From assembly GCA_043228905.1 (NCBI GenBank), contig JBHGNT010000011.1, positions 21,514,001 to 21,578,000 on the forward strand: a DNA stretch of 64,000 nt, given 5' to 3'. This stretch comes from Azolla caroliniana (taxonomy: Eukaryota > Plantae > Polypodiophyta). The notes beneath the pieces are model-generated. The model searched no databases. It was not told the DNA's origin and worked only from the letters and a program-made list of their open reading frames with translations. Shown here piece by piece: positions 1 through 10,751 of this stretch (the stretch's first letter is position 1; each line of letters opens with the position of its first letter). A program made the translations under genes and the position numbers.

Positions 1-275
1 TATTGTCAAGGTAAGCAGAGGGTCTAAATTTATAAATTACTATGGGGAAACATAATGGGCAATATGTAAGGCCGTTGTCATGGCAGGCAGCATGATCTAA
101 AGTTATGAATTTCAAAGAAGAAAATGTTCAGGCTAAGGTAGAGGAATCTAAAGTTATGAACTACTATAGAAAAAATGTAATGGATTGATTGTAAGGCTAT
201 TGTCAAGATAGAGGAATCTTAAGCTGTGAATTACCATGGGAAAAATGTATTATGAGGTTATTGTTAGGGTAGGTA
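1..275. repeat. Degenerate ~65-75 bp tandem repeat in a FRIGIDA-like intron
   Basis: Recurring motif tattgtcaag(g/a)tagaggaatct(a)aagttatgaa...atggg/aaaaatg, about 4 diverged copies. Confidence 0.55.
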
Positions 276-347
276 GTGAATAAGTTTAGAACTTTTATAT
301 ATCTGAGTCATTTTAAGTTGTTAATGTTTTCTTCCTTTTTTCTGCAG

Positions 348-1200
348 TTGTAATCGAGAAACTGATTAAAGATGGTAAGTCTATTCAAGCTGTAACCTTT
401 GCTTCCGCGTTTGATCTTCTGGAACAGTTTCCACCTGCACCTTTACTCAGGACTCACATCAATGATGCCAAGAAAGAAGCCAAAGCAATTTTAAAAAGTG
501 GCAACAATAATCAAACTTCACAGGTATAATGCAGATGGTAACTTTTTTGTTGTTATTAAGCTATGTGGGTGCTCTTTTGCTGACAAGTCTTTTTGTGTTT
601 ATGAATAGATATATTAAGTTATATGGGTTGTCGTTTTCTTACAAAGCTATTGTTTGTGAATAGAAAGAGGCAATTCAGAAGGAACTTGCAGCATTAAAAG
701 CTGTTGCTAATGTGGTAAAAGAACATAAGTTGGAAAAACATTATAGTCTCGACTATGTGGAGAAGCAAGTTGCGCACCTAGAAAAGACAAAGGCAGATAG
801 AAAACAAGCAACTAGTAGTGCCTTTAAGGTTCAACCACCAACAAAGAGGCAACGTTCCGATGACCACTCTCCTATAACAGGAGTCAGGGGTAGAAGTATG
901 TCTCCCAAAAGACTCATGTATGCTATGAATGATAGATCCGAAATGGGTCAATTCGGAAGATCGCTAATGGGTGGGTATAATGATCAAAGATCTTTGGGTA
1001 GTATATATAGTTCACCTTCAGCTTATGCCGGTCATACATCAAACCCTTCAGCTGTGCCTCATCCGTATGCATATGCTTCTCATGCTCTGAGCCCACTTGG
1101 CTATAGAAACTCTGTTCGTGGGGGACCCCCAGGATCTGTAATGGACTACAACTATCCATCACCCTTTCCTTCATTAAGAGGATATAAGCCATATCCTTAA
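348..1200 (+). CDS. FRIGIDA-like (FRL family) protein, last two coding exons (348-523, 664-1200); 5' part lies outside the window
   Basis: Spliced translation VIEKLIKDGKSIQAVTFASAFDLLEQFPPAPLLRTHINDAKK...Q|KEAIQKELAALKAVANVVKEHKLEKHYSLDYVEKQVAHLEKTKADRK resembles the Frigida-domain C-terminus (AV..AFAF.L.E.F.PVPLLK; ELxALKAVIKCIEEHKLE; LEKAKADKKR). A Tyr/Pro/Ser-rich tail follows. Splice sites ttctgcag|348, 523|gtataa and gaatag|664 are canonical. Confidence 0.85.
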
Positions 1201-3575
1201 GACTTGAGAACTTCTCTAATTCATCTATAACCACTAATGGAATGGCTGGTAGTGTGTTCTCAAGGAAAAGATGACATAATGAATTTGTGGAGTTTTCACT
1301 TTCTTTATGAGTGTGACTTTGCTTTGGAAATTGTGGATCTCTACGTGGTGTTCCACCATGGTAGGTGTATGGTGTACCTTATATGCCTATAGATATTTAT
1401 ATGGTTCTAGAAAGGTTAGTCATGTTTTGGTCAGTAGATAAAGAGAAATCTGAATCATGTTGTGGATGAGAAGGAGATATTTTGCTTTTGCTTGTATCCA
1501 TATCCTTTATGTAGACATTCATAATACATATTTGATATTTGGGCCAAACTGGTACCAGTATAGGGACTTTCATTTGACATTGTTGGGAGACACGCATTAT
1601 TGTTTATCTTCTTTAGGACTGGGATCATACATCGCATCGCAATTAACTCTAGGTGAGCTTTAGCATTTTCTCTGAAATGGAGAAAAGAACAATTAAGCAC
1701 TTTGTACGTGCTATGCAGGTGAAATATATACTCAAGGATGTTTTATTGCGCCAAGGTTATTGACATTAATTACATACATTTGGATCTGATTTTGGACAGT
1801 TACCAGCATTACTGAAAATGATTTCTTATTGATATTACTATCTTTGTTATCCTTAAGGCTATTACAAAGTAGGATATAGAAAGATTGATAGCAAGAAAAT
1901 GATAGACCTTTTTATAACTGTGTAGCAGTCAAACAGGTATGTCACAATGATTAGTTCAAACAAACATGATTGCAGCCGTCTCTCACCTTACATTCTCCGA
2001 AAAGGCTGACATAAATTGTAAGTGGATGATTGTATAATGTATGATGCCAACATCATTGCTAATAAACATAAGTAGGGGATAATATAAAGCACAGTGAAAA
2101 CAACACATAACTCACTGTGAAGAAAAAATAAAGATATATACTTGTGTTTATATGTGTGTAAATCAGCTATATGTATGTGGCCTGAGTGGTGCTTGCCTAC
2201 TTTAATAGCTTAGGTGTACCTCAACTTGACAGTAGCAACTGGGATATAACTTTTGTGCCTAATTGTGCAATGATTCCTACACATGAATGGTTGTAACCAG
2301 TGGTCACTTTTGTTTAATGTTTCTTGTAACCATTGCTAAAGGTGTCTTCCCCAAATGTGTTGAAGTCGTGAGAACTCTAAGAAGTTATACCAAGTATACT
2401 CACAAAAGTAGAGACTCCTCCAGCATGAGAGATGATATAGAGTGTCAAACTCTTTTGCATTTCATCAAGTCCCATGTGTCGCTTTTGGCCTCCAAAGAAC
2501 AATATATATTTTTGTAATTGTGATCAATAAGTTATAATTTGGACTACAGTATGAGACTTCATAAACTTCTTGAGCATTAGAGTTGTTTAAAACCTCTAAG
2601 TACACCACATCAAAATCCAATACTTTGTCCTCTTTGTTATTCCTAAATCCATAAAATTGCAAAAATGCGTTGGCACATGATGCCAACATCATATCAAGGC
2701 CATATAACCATCAAGGAATTTTCTAGTCAATTGCTTCTAATCTCCAATTGACGACTTTCCTCTTGTGCAAAATGACCAAAGCCCAAAAGATAGGTGATTG
2801 CCCCTTTAAGGTGACAATAAAAAATAAAATTGCTGGTCTACAAGTGATGCTACCGTTAATACAATAAATGTTGCAATATAAAAAGATGTATTATGTTCCA
2901 TCCACCAATGACATTACAAGCCCTAATAAATAAAATAAATCAAACACAAACTAGAAATGGTGATAATGGAACAATGGACCAGCCTTAGTAGGTAATGAAA
3001 CAAGAGATCACGTAAGCATCTAACATACCATTACTATCATCCTTCTAATGTGTTTTGCACTCATTCTTCCACCATGTTTTTATATAGGATATACAATATA
3101 TAATATGTTACCGTTCTATACACACATCTTTATACACTGATTTGTCTCATAGGTCGATTTTGGCCTTCATGGACATTGAAAATTATCTCTTTCAATCAAG
3201 TGAACATCTCTGTCTTCTAGTAAAAACCCCTCTCTTGAACAAATCCACATGCCATCTGAAAATGTTTTGCCTTAAGTCTTATGGGTTAAATTGACCTCCA
3301 AATACAATAATAAGATGCATCCATCTAAACAAAAGACCAAGAAGACATGATCCTTGAAATTTCTCATGCAACGAAAAAATAAATGGATGATAGTTCAACA
3401 AACATCTCATGCAATAAAAAAATAATTAGATAGTTCAAAAGCATACATACCCCAGCAAGGCCACCTTACATAATAATGAACCTTCATAACCTCTAGTATG
3501 CTCTTTCTAATACATAATTGAAAACTCAAGAGTTTTATGGAAGAAATCATTCGTGACACTTGTGTGTCTCGTGCT

Positions 3576-5024
3576 TCATGAGGATGGAGCAGCAGGTAAA
3601 TCCTTAAGCCAAGGGTCAAGAGGTTTTCCAACTGAGTATACAATGAAACCAATCTTGCGCAACTCCTCAACATTAATCACATTCCGACCATCAAACACAA
3701 AAGCTGGCTTCTGCATACCATCATAGATCTTCTTGTAATCCAAAATTTTAAACTCGTCCCATTCAGTCAAAATACACACTCCATGTGCATCTTTTGTCGC
3801 TTCATAAGCATCCCATACTATGCTTACTTGCTTCACTGTCGTAGGACTCATTGGTTGTAAATGTTGAGGATGATCCCAATCAAACTTATTCATAGAAAGA
3901 TCCCTCAAGATTTGATCAGCTGGAACTTGAGGATCATAAATGCTTAACTTTGCCTTATCATCAAGAAGACCATGGCAAACATCAATTGCTGCTGTTTCTC
4001 GTGTATCACCTGTGTCTTTCTTGAATGCAAATCCAAGGATTGCGATCTTCTTGCCTGAAACAGTGTTAAACATCGACGATACAACTCGCTTGACGAAACG
4101 TGATTTCTGATAGTCATTGATTTGCACAACTTGTTTCCAATAATTGGCTACTTCGGTTAAGCCATTGCATTCGCATATATAAATGAGATTCAATATATCT
4201 TTCTGGAAGCATGATCCACCAAATCCAACACTTGCATTGAGAAACCGAGAACCAATTCGTGTATCTTTACCCACAGCATAGGAAACTTCAGTAACATCGG
4301 CTCCAGTAGCCTCACAAAGGGCAGACATGGCATTCACAGAGGAGATTCTCTGAGCAAGAATGGCATTTGCTGCAAGCTTTGAAAGCTCTGCAGACCATAG
4401 GTTCATGGTGATTATGTTCTCTTCAGGAACCCAGTGAGCATAGACAGATTTCAGAGCTTCAATGGCTTTTATACCTTCAGGAGTTTCCCTGCCTCCTATG
4501 AGAACTCGATCTGGCTTTGAAAGGTCTTCCATGGCAGTTCCTTCTGCAAGAAACTCGGGATTAGAAAGGATCTGGAATCTGATACCATTGTTGTTGTGAG
4601 TGAGTATCTTCTCAATAGCTTCTGCAGTTTTCACAGGAACAGTGGACTTTTCAACAACAATCTTATCAGATTTTGATACTTCTGCAATCATTCGAGCAGC
4701 ATTTTCCCAATAAGTTAAGTCTGCGGCTTTTCCTGCACCGAGACCTCTTGTTTTAGTGGGAGTGTTAACAGAAACAAAGATTATGTCTGCTTCCAATACA
4801 TGTTTCTCTACTTCTGCACTGAAGAAGAGGTTTTTTCCTCTACAAGATTTTACTACTTCATCGAGACCCGGTTCGAAGATAGGAAGCTTATCACTGTTCC
4901 AAGCATTGATTCGAGCTACGGCTATGTCAACCACCACTACCTCTATGTGTGGACACTTGAATGCTATCATAGCCATGGTTGGTCCACCTACATATCCTGC
5001 TCCTATGCAACAGATCTTCACCAT
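3576..5024 (-). CDS. UGD: UDP-glucose 6-dehydrogenase, 482 aa, single coding exon
   Basis: [16 protein letters not shown] Rossmann motif, [17 protein letters not shown], catalytic [23 protein letters not shown] and FDGRN; full length. Confidence 0.98.
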   Translation of the reverse strand: MVKICCIGAGYVGGPTMAMIAFKCPHIEVVVVDIAVARINAWNSDKLPIFEPGLDEVVKSCRGKNLFFSAEVEKHVLEADIIFVSVNTPTKTRGLGAGKAADLTYWENAARMIAEVSKSDKIVVEKSTVPVKTAEAIEKILTHNNNGIRFQILSNPEFLAEGTAMEDLSKPDRVLIGGRETPEGIKAIEALKSVYAHWVPEENIITMNLWSAELSKLAANAILAQRISSVNAMSALCEATGADVTEVSYAVGKDTRIGSRFLNASVGFGGSCFQKDILNLIYICECNGLTEVANYWKQVVQINDYQKSRFVKRVVSSMFNTVSGKKIAILGFAFKKDTGDTRETAAIDVCHGLLDDKAKLSIYDPQVPADQILRDLSMNKFDWDHPQHLQPMSPTTVKQVSIVWDAYEATKDAHGVCILTEWDEFKILDYKKIYDGMQKPAFVFDGRNVINVEELRKIGFIVYSVGKPLDPWLKDLPAAPSS

Positions 5025-5035
5025 CGCTAAAATAG

Positions 5036-5330
5036 TAGTTGAAAGTTCAAACTATCTCAGGAATCACCTGTACTATTAAACATAGAATTTACAACAATGG
5101 TGAGTACAGATCTTCACCAAAACAAATTTAGTTCAGACTTCATGCATACAATCTAGAATCATGGAATTAGTGAGTACAGATCCTAGTTGAAAGTTCAAAA
5201 TATCTCAGGAATCACCTGTATTAATTCAATCTTACAATTTGCAACAACGGTGACAACAGATCTTCACCAAAACAAATTTAGTTCAGACTCTGTGCATACA
5301 ATCTACAATCATGAGAATAATGAGTACAAT
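5036..5330. repeat. Two ~148-bp tandem copies at the 3' end of the UGD 5'-UTR intron
   Basis: tagttgaaagttcaaa.tatctcaggaatcacctgta...cagatcttcaccaaaacaaatttagttcagact...gcatacaatcta.aatcatg occurs at ~5036 and ~5184. Confidence 0.9.
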
Positions 5331-7236
5331 TGAAAATTACAATGATTGCTTCAAGGCTTCCAGCACATAATTATAAACAACGAAATTATTATAACAGTGA
5401 ATACAGAACTTCAACCATTGAGAATTTCTAATTTGGTTCATACTTCCTGCATATAGAAACTGAAACTTGCAACAGTTAGAACTTCAGTGTTCACCATGAC
5501 TGTCTACAACTGAAATTTGTTAGTTATATACAGAGATAAGGTATACATACACATTTTTATTAAACAAAATGTGAAACAAATACATGTAAGATGAGTCAAA
5601 AGAACTTCTTGATTTCAAACTATCTGCACTTGCAAATGGCTAACTGCATTTATATAAATACATACAAAACAAAGGTATTCAGCTTCTTGAGATTTGGAAT
5701 GAAGTTTTATCAGATCTAATGAAATGGTTCATTTGAAAAACAAGGTTTCAATGTGATTTCCTCCTTCAAAAACATTGATTCAAGTCTTTGATCTGCTTCA
5801 ATGGAATGGCAAAGTAAAGGCGCTGATTTAGGAATAAACAAGAACTGAGAATGCAAAGCAATTTAGCTTCGGGTAAATTGGGTCTAAGCTTTAAATGGCT
5901 AACTGCATTTATATAAATACATACAAAACAAAGGTATTCAGCTTCTTGAGATTTGGAATGAAGTTTTATCAGATCTAATGAAATGGTTCATTTGAAAAAC
6001 AAGGTTTCAATGTGATTTCCTCCTTCAAAAACATTGATTCAAGTCTTTGATCTGCTTCAATGGAATGGCAAAGTAAAGGCGCTGATTTAGGAATAAACAA
6101 GAACTGAGAATGCAAAGCAATTTAGCTTCGGGTAAATTGGGTCTAAGCTTTAAATGGCTAACTGCATTTATATAAATACATACAAAACAAAGGTATTCAG
6201 CTTCTTGAGATTTGGAATGAAGTTTTATCAGATCTAATGAAATGGTTCATTTGAAAAACAAGGTTTCAATGTGATTTCCTCCTTCAAAAACATTGATTCA
6301 AGTCTTTGATCTGCTTCAATGGAATGGCAAAGTAAAGGCGCTGATTTAGGAATAAACAAGAACTGAGAATGCAAAGCAATTTAGCTTCGGGTAAATTGGG
6401 TCTAAGCTTTGAAGTGACACAAAGATGAAATGATAACGCAGAGATGTTGATGAAAAACCAAAGAGATACGTAATGGTGAAGGAAATATACATATATGCAC
6501 GAACAGGAAGAAATTAAACCGAGAGAAATCAACGTCTTGCAGGTTGACCATCAGTTATAAGCGAAGATAACTTACACATATCAAAGAAAGAGAGACAATA
6601 AACTAATTGAATTCTTACGAGAACATCAATTATAAGCTTCACAAATGATTAAGCAAGCTGAGACATTGATGCACGACTTATTCAAAGGACAAAACAAATT
6701 ATATTTCAGTTCCTTGTTTCCATGTAATTTTCACCTTCATGCTTCAAGTGACAAATCGATGCAAATATTTCTAAGCTTCTCGCAAATGGATTCAAGAAAA
6801 TACTGCAGATTCTTGCAAATAGAGCTGATTAATTTTCATCTTCATGATTCAAAATAGAAATCAAAGCAAATATTTCTCAGCTTTTTGCAGATGGATCCAA
6901 TAAATTATCATCTCAGTGCATTCCGCATCTTGTAAATGGATGCAATAAATTTTTAATTCTCCGTGATTCAAGAGGGAAAGCAAAGCTTGCAAATGCATTC
7001 GCAAAAAGCTCTTATCTAATCAAGCTTTGAAACGGTAAACGAAAGATTAACTGGGAAAATGTGCATAGATAAAACAAAGCGAGAGCAGAGATAAATCAAA
7101 GATTAGAGGGAAAGGAGGGCAGGGGGAGGGAGGCAACTAGAGATCAGATCAACCATACCTGTGAAGGTCTGCAACAAGGGAAAAGGGATGAAATTGTATG
7201 GAGAAACAAGATCTTTGTATTGAAGATTTTATATAA
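5068..7236 (-). promoter_or_regulatory. UGD non-coding first exon (~7200-7159), TATA box (~7227-7236) and ~2.1-kb 5'-UTR intron
   Basis: Minus strand reads TATATAAAAT, then a short leader, then cacag|GTATGG donor at 7159/7158 followed by a CT-rich intron start. Candidate acceptors lie at 5216, 5068 and 5027. A leader intron is typical of plant UGD genes. Confidence 0.7.
5634..6410. repeat. Perfect tandem triplication, 3 x 259 bp
   Basis: Units begin aaatggctaactgcatttatataaatac at 5634, 5893 and 6152 and end gggtctaagcttt. I found no differences by eye. Confidence 0.97.
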
Positions 7237-7343
7237 AGGTTTTCTCACTGTTTTATATTACTTTCTTGTCTTTCATTTTCCCTCTTTACAAAAATAAAGT
7301 AATTGATGCTAGCTAGCAGATAATATACAATGATGATGGTAAC

Positions 7344-7346
<3 letters not shown>

Positions 7347-7374
<28 letters not shown>

Positions 7375-7569
7375 CTCTCTTTCTTTCTCTCTTTTCAGTG
7401 TATTGGTTCTGTTATGTGTAATTAACACGTACTATGGTAAACAAGCATTTTGCAAAGTCTCCCATCTTCATGTGTGTGTCTCTAACTAGGACTTTCTAAG
7501 GCCACGAGTTTGGGAATCCGGGTGGCCTTCCAGATATACATACATACATACATACATACATACATACAT
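7347..7569. repeat. (AC)n and (TACA)n microsatellites upstream of UGD
   Basis: AC run ~7347-7373; TACA run ~7536-7569. Confidence 0.9.
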
Positions 7570-10395
7570 GTATTAATAACATGATCGGGATACGTACTGT
7601 GGAATGATTCACAATTTGTCTATTTTGATCTAAAACATCGTTACCAATCCCGATCCCGTTACATTCCAACACATCATCTTCAAAACATTTGAGTCGTTCA
7701 TCTCAACGACCTTCGTGTCAAAGCTTTCCTCAACTACTTTCGTTTTGTTCTAGCATATGTAGGTAGGATGTCCTTCATGACTCATAACTTCGTGTTTGGT
7801 ATAATGTTAGGAGGCTCGCCTTTGCTTGACCCTGCTACATCCGTGTTCTCTACCTCAAGTTGCATGTTGCTCAAGCACATCATCAACAAAGAAGGCATCA
7901 CTCTCAACCCCAACAAAGCAATGTATATACTCAGTGCCCAGCCCCAACTAACGCCAAGGCCCTCACTAGCTTTATGGGGTGAATTCACTAGAACAATCAC
8001 GTGATCCATTGCATCTTGTTTACTTGAATTGACATGTTGGAAAATGTGTTTCAAGAACTCAATGTACACTTTCTTTGACAACTTGATTGTTCAAATCCCC
8101 AATTGGAATCGAGAATTCCATATGTTTCTTGATCTTTGACATCGTAAGCTACAGTGTGCTTACGTAGTCATATGGATTGACAAGTTTATGAATCTATAAA
8201 TTGCTTTGCGATTCGACTTAAGATATGTAATGTATATTCGACACATTCAATTAGAAATAAATGCATGATATGAGGAGTATGTAACTTATACACAACGTGT
8301 TAGTGACAAAGACAATGTTATATATTAATGCCTAAGGTGAAATCTCTACCTTTGCATTTGATTAATGCTCTCATATATGCAAACATAACTCGTAGTTTTT
8401 TCCTAAATATGGCTTTATAATTTCACTTTTCCACGACCATTGGATTGGAAACAATGATAATACGATAAAGAGGCCAATATGCATTGGAAGGATGTAGTAA
8501 CCACCCCCCCCCCCCAAAAAAAAAGTTTCGCTAACGTATAATCTAACAAGCTCACTTTTTTCAACAATTGTTTTGTATAATTATCTCTATCATGCAAGTC
8601 GTATTGCAAGTCATATTTATTATGTATCGTCGAAATGTTTACGACTACTCAACACCCTCACTTATCCTTTTTTTAAATAGTTTGAAAACTTATAGCCTTT
8701 AATTTATCGTGGATTATATACAATTTCATCCTCTCCATGCAATGTTTTCTTTGTCTCTACGTGGATAAAATTGGCTACCAACAAATCATTTCTTGGGAAT
8801 TGGATATCACGATATGCATGTGATCGTTAATGTATATTTGTTAAATTGTATCCCCCATCCCACCGGGAAAATTGGCTCCCAAAGTCATTCATTTATAGAA
8901 ATGTTTGAGAATTTATTTATTTATTGTGCTTATATTCACACAAAAAAACCTCTTGAACGCGTCTAATAAAGTTTTTTATTCCCCTTCACTGTCCCTCTAT
9001 GTATCCACCTTCCATATGCTCTTGAGCATGTACATGATCAATTCATACCCCTTTTTCTCAACTATATGTGTTATTTTGGTAAACACATGGTCAACCATCC
9101 CTCTTATATTAATGATCATGTTTCTTAGTAGCTACAATCAAAATCTCCATTGCGTGATTTGTGATGCCAAACGTTAGACTGTTGCACATTGTTATCAAAG
9201 GCAATGTTGGTTAAGATTATTGAATAAAGTGAATTTATCTTGGTGAGTATATCCTTAGGCATGCTTGCCAAGTAACTAAAGCACAATGTGAAAATATTAA
9301 CGCGAGCTCGATGTCACATTTGTAGTAAAAGACCCTCATCACTTTAACTTGAAATCATGCATGCTAACACTTCAATGTCATTTTTCTCCTAATAGATGTA
9401 TTTTCAATAGAACTCCCCTTTGACCCAATGAAAATTGCAACATTTTCATATAACTAAGTGAGTGGCATATGAGTTGTTGGAAAATTGGGCCAAATATTGG
9501 GATCAACATTTTAATCACCTATTGACATAGAAACGCTTAGAAATTCAAGTAAATTTTTTCATTGATATACTCCATCCACTCCATGACACTTGGGAGCCAA
9601 GTGATTAATCACATCTATATTTTCATAAAGAACTCATGTTTGGTTGTAATGAACCACGAGTTCATATTGTGAATGACTAGTGGTGGAGATGAGCATAATA
9701 TAATTATACCATTTCATACATGCACATATCGACCCATCAATATAGAATGGTTGCGTCACTAGAGAGGATTAGATACCCATTGTTTTAGTGTAACCTTTGG
9801 TTTCATGGGAGATAAAGTTCTACAAACCCCCTTACGTTCAGTTTTCTCTCTAACATGTGAGAATAATACTATTACGAGTCCCCATTGCAACCTCATCTAT
9901 TGCATGTTAAATGCATTGGCATCCATCTCTCCATATATATAGTTTATCCCCGAATACTTTGCCAAAGATGACGAAGGTTTAATCAAATTCCCCAATAACT
10001 TCGAAATACCCTTGAGTTTTTCGTTATTTCTAGTGGGGCCTCAACGAAACAAGGATATCAAAGAAAGGCAATAAACATGATTCTCCCTAATAATGGTTAG
10101 CTTGGGAACAAATTGAACCAAAAGGATGAGATCACATTCTCCCTTCCATGGTCGTGTGTTGCATGGAGAAATCAAACTCATTTATTATCATGGATCAGGC
10201 GATTGATATTTGGAGAGGAGAAGTCAAACTACACGAAGAAATCACACTATATTTATTATCATGCATAAGACACATGATCTATCGGGAGTAGCACAACAAA
10301 AGGTGCAAGTTAATATGGTAAGTCAGTGGCCGCAAGGATAGGATGGATGGTGCCGATGGTGAGGATGTGACCAAAGAGCATCAATACCAATGCAA

Positions 10396-10582
10396 GTGTC
10401 GTCAAGGGAGGGCATGTAACGGAAATAAACAAAAGTCTAGGGGCATCTGGTTTTCCCTTGGACACACACGGAATATGTATGTATGTACAAGAAATCAATC
10501 GCCAATGTCGAACTAAGGGAGGGCATTTAACGGAAATAAACAAAAAGCCCAGGGGACCTCTGGTTTTCCCTTGGACGCACAC
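10396..10582. repeat. Direct duplication (~75-bp core, two copies) in the LUC7 promoter
   Basis: aagggagggcat.taacggaaataaacaaaa...aggg...tctggttttcccttggac.cacac at ~10404 and ~10515. Confidence 0.85.
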
Positions 10583-10657
10583 AAACTCAAGAAATCAATC
10601 ACCAATCGCGTCTTTGTTTATTTATTATATATCTAGAAACAGCGAGAGACACCTGCT

Positions 10658-10666
10658 AAACCCTAA
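10658..10666 (+). promoter_or_regulatory. Telo-box (AAACCCTAA) in the LUC7 5' region
   Basis: Exact AAACCCTAA ~90 bp upstream of the ATG and just downstream of tatatat (~10626). The element is typical of plant RNA-processing and translation genes. Confidence 0.7.
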
Positions 10667-10751
10667 TTTTCGTTCTTCTTCCAGTACCCAGTTGTCGTCT
10701 GCGCCTTCTTCTTGCCGTCCGTTCGCTTGTCTGCGAATCTCTGAGGTCACC

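Noticed and set aside
2280-3300. Coding-like fragments between FRL and UGD
   Set aside because: Short frames with stops and no motif I could assign; a translated search is needed.
4756-5079. ORFs antisense to UGD (and similar shadow ORFs over SKS, LUC7 and the LINE RT)
   Set aside because: They are reverse-frame shadows of real coding sequence with no recognisable motifs.
5634-6410. 259-bp (and 54-bp) arrays as CRISPR-like loci
   Set aside because: They are contiguous tandem units with no unique spacers, no cas genes, and a eukaryotic intronic context.
7486-7530. Helitron 3' end (hairpin plus CTAG|T on the minus strand)
   Set aside because: The 16-nt loop is atypical, and no 5' TC end or Rep/helicase remnant could be identified.
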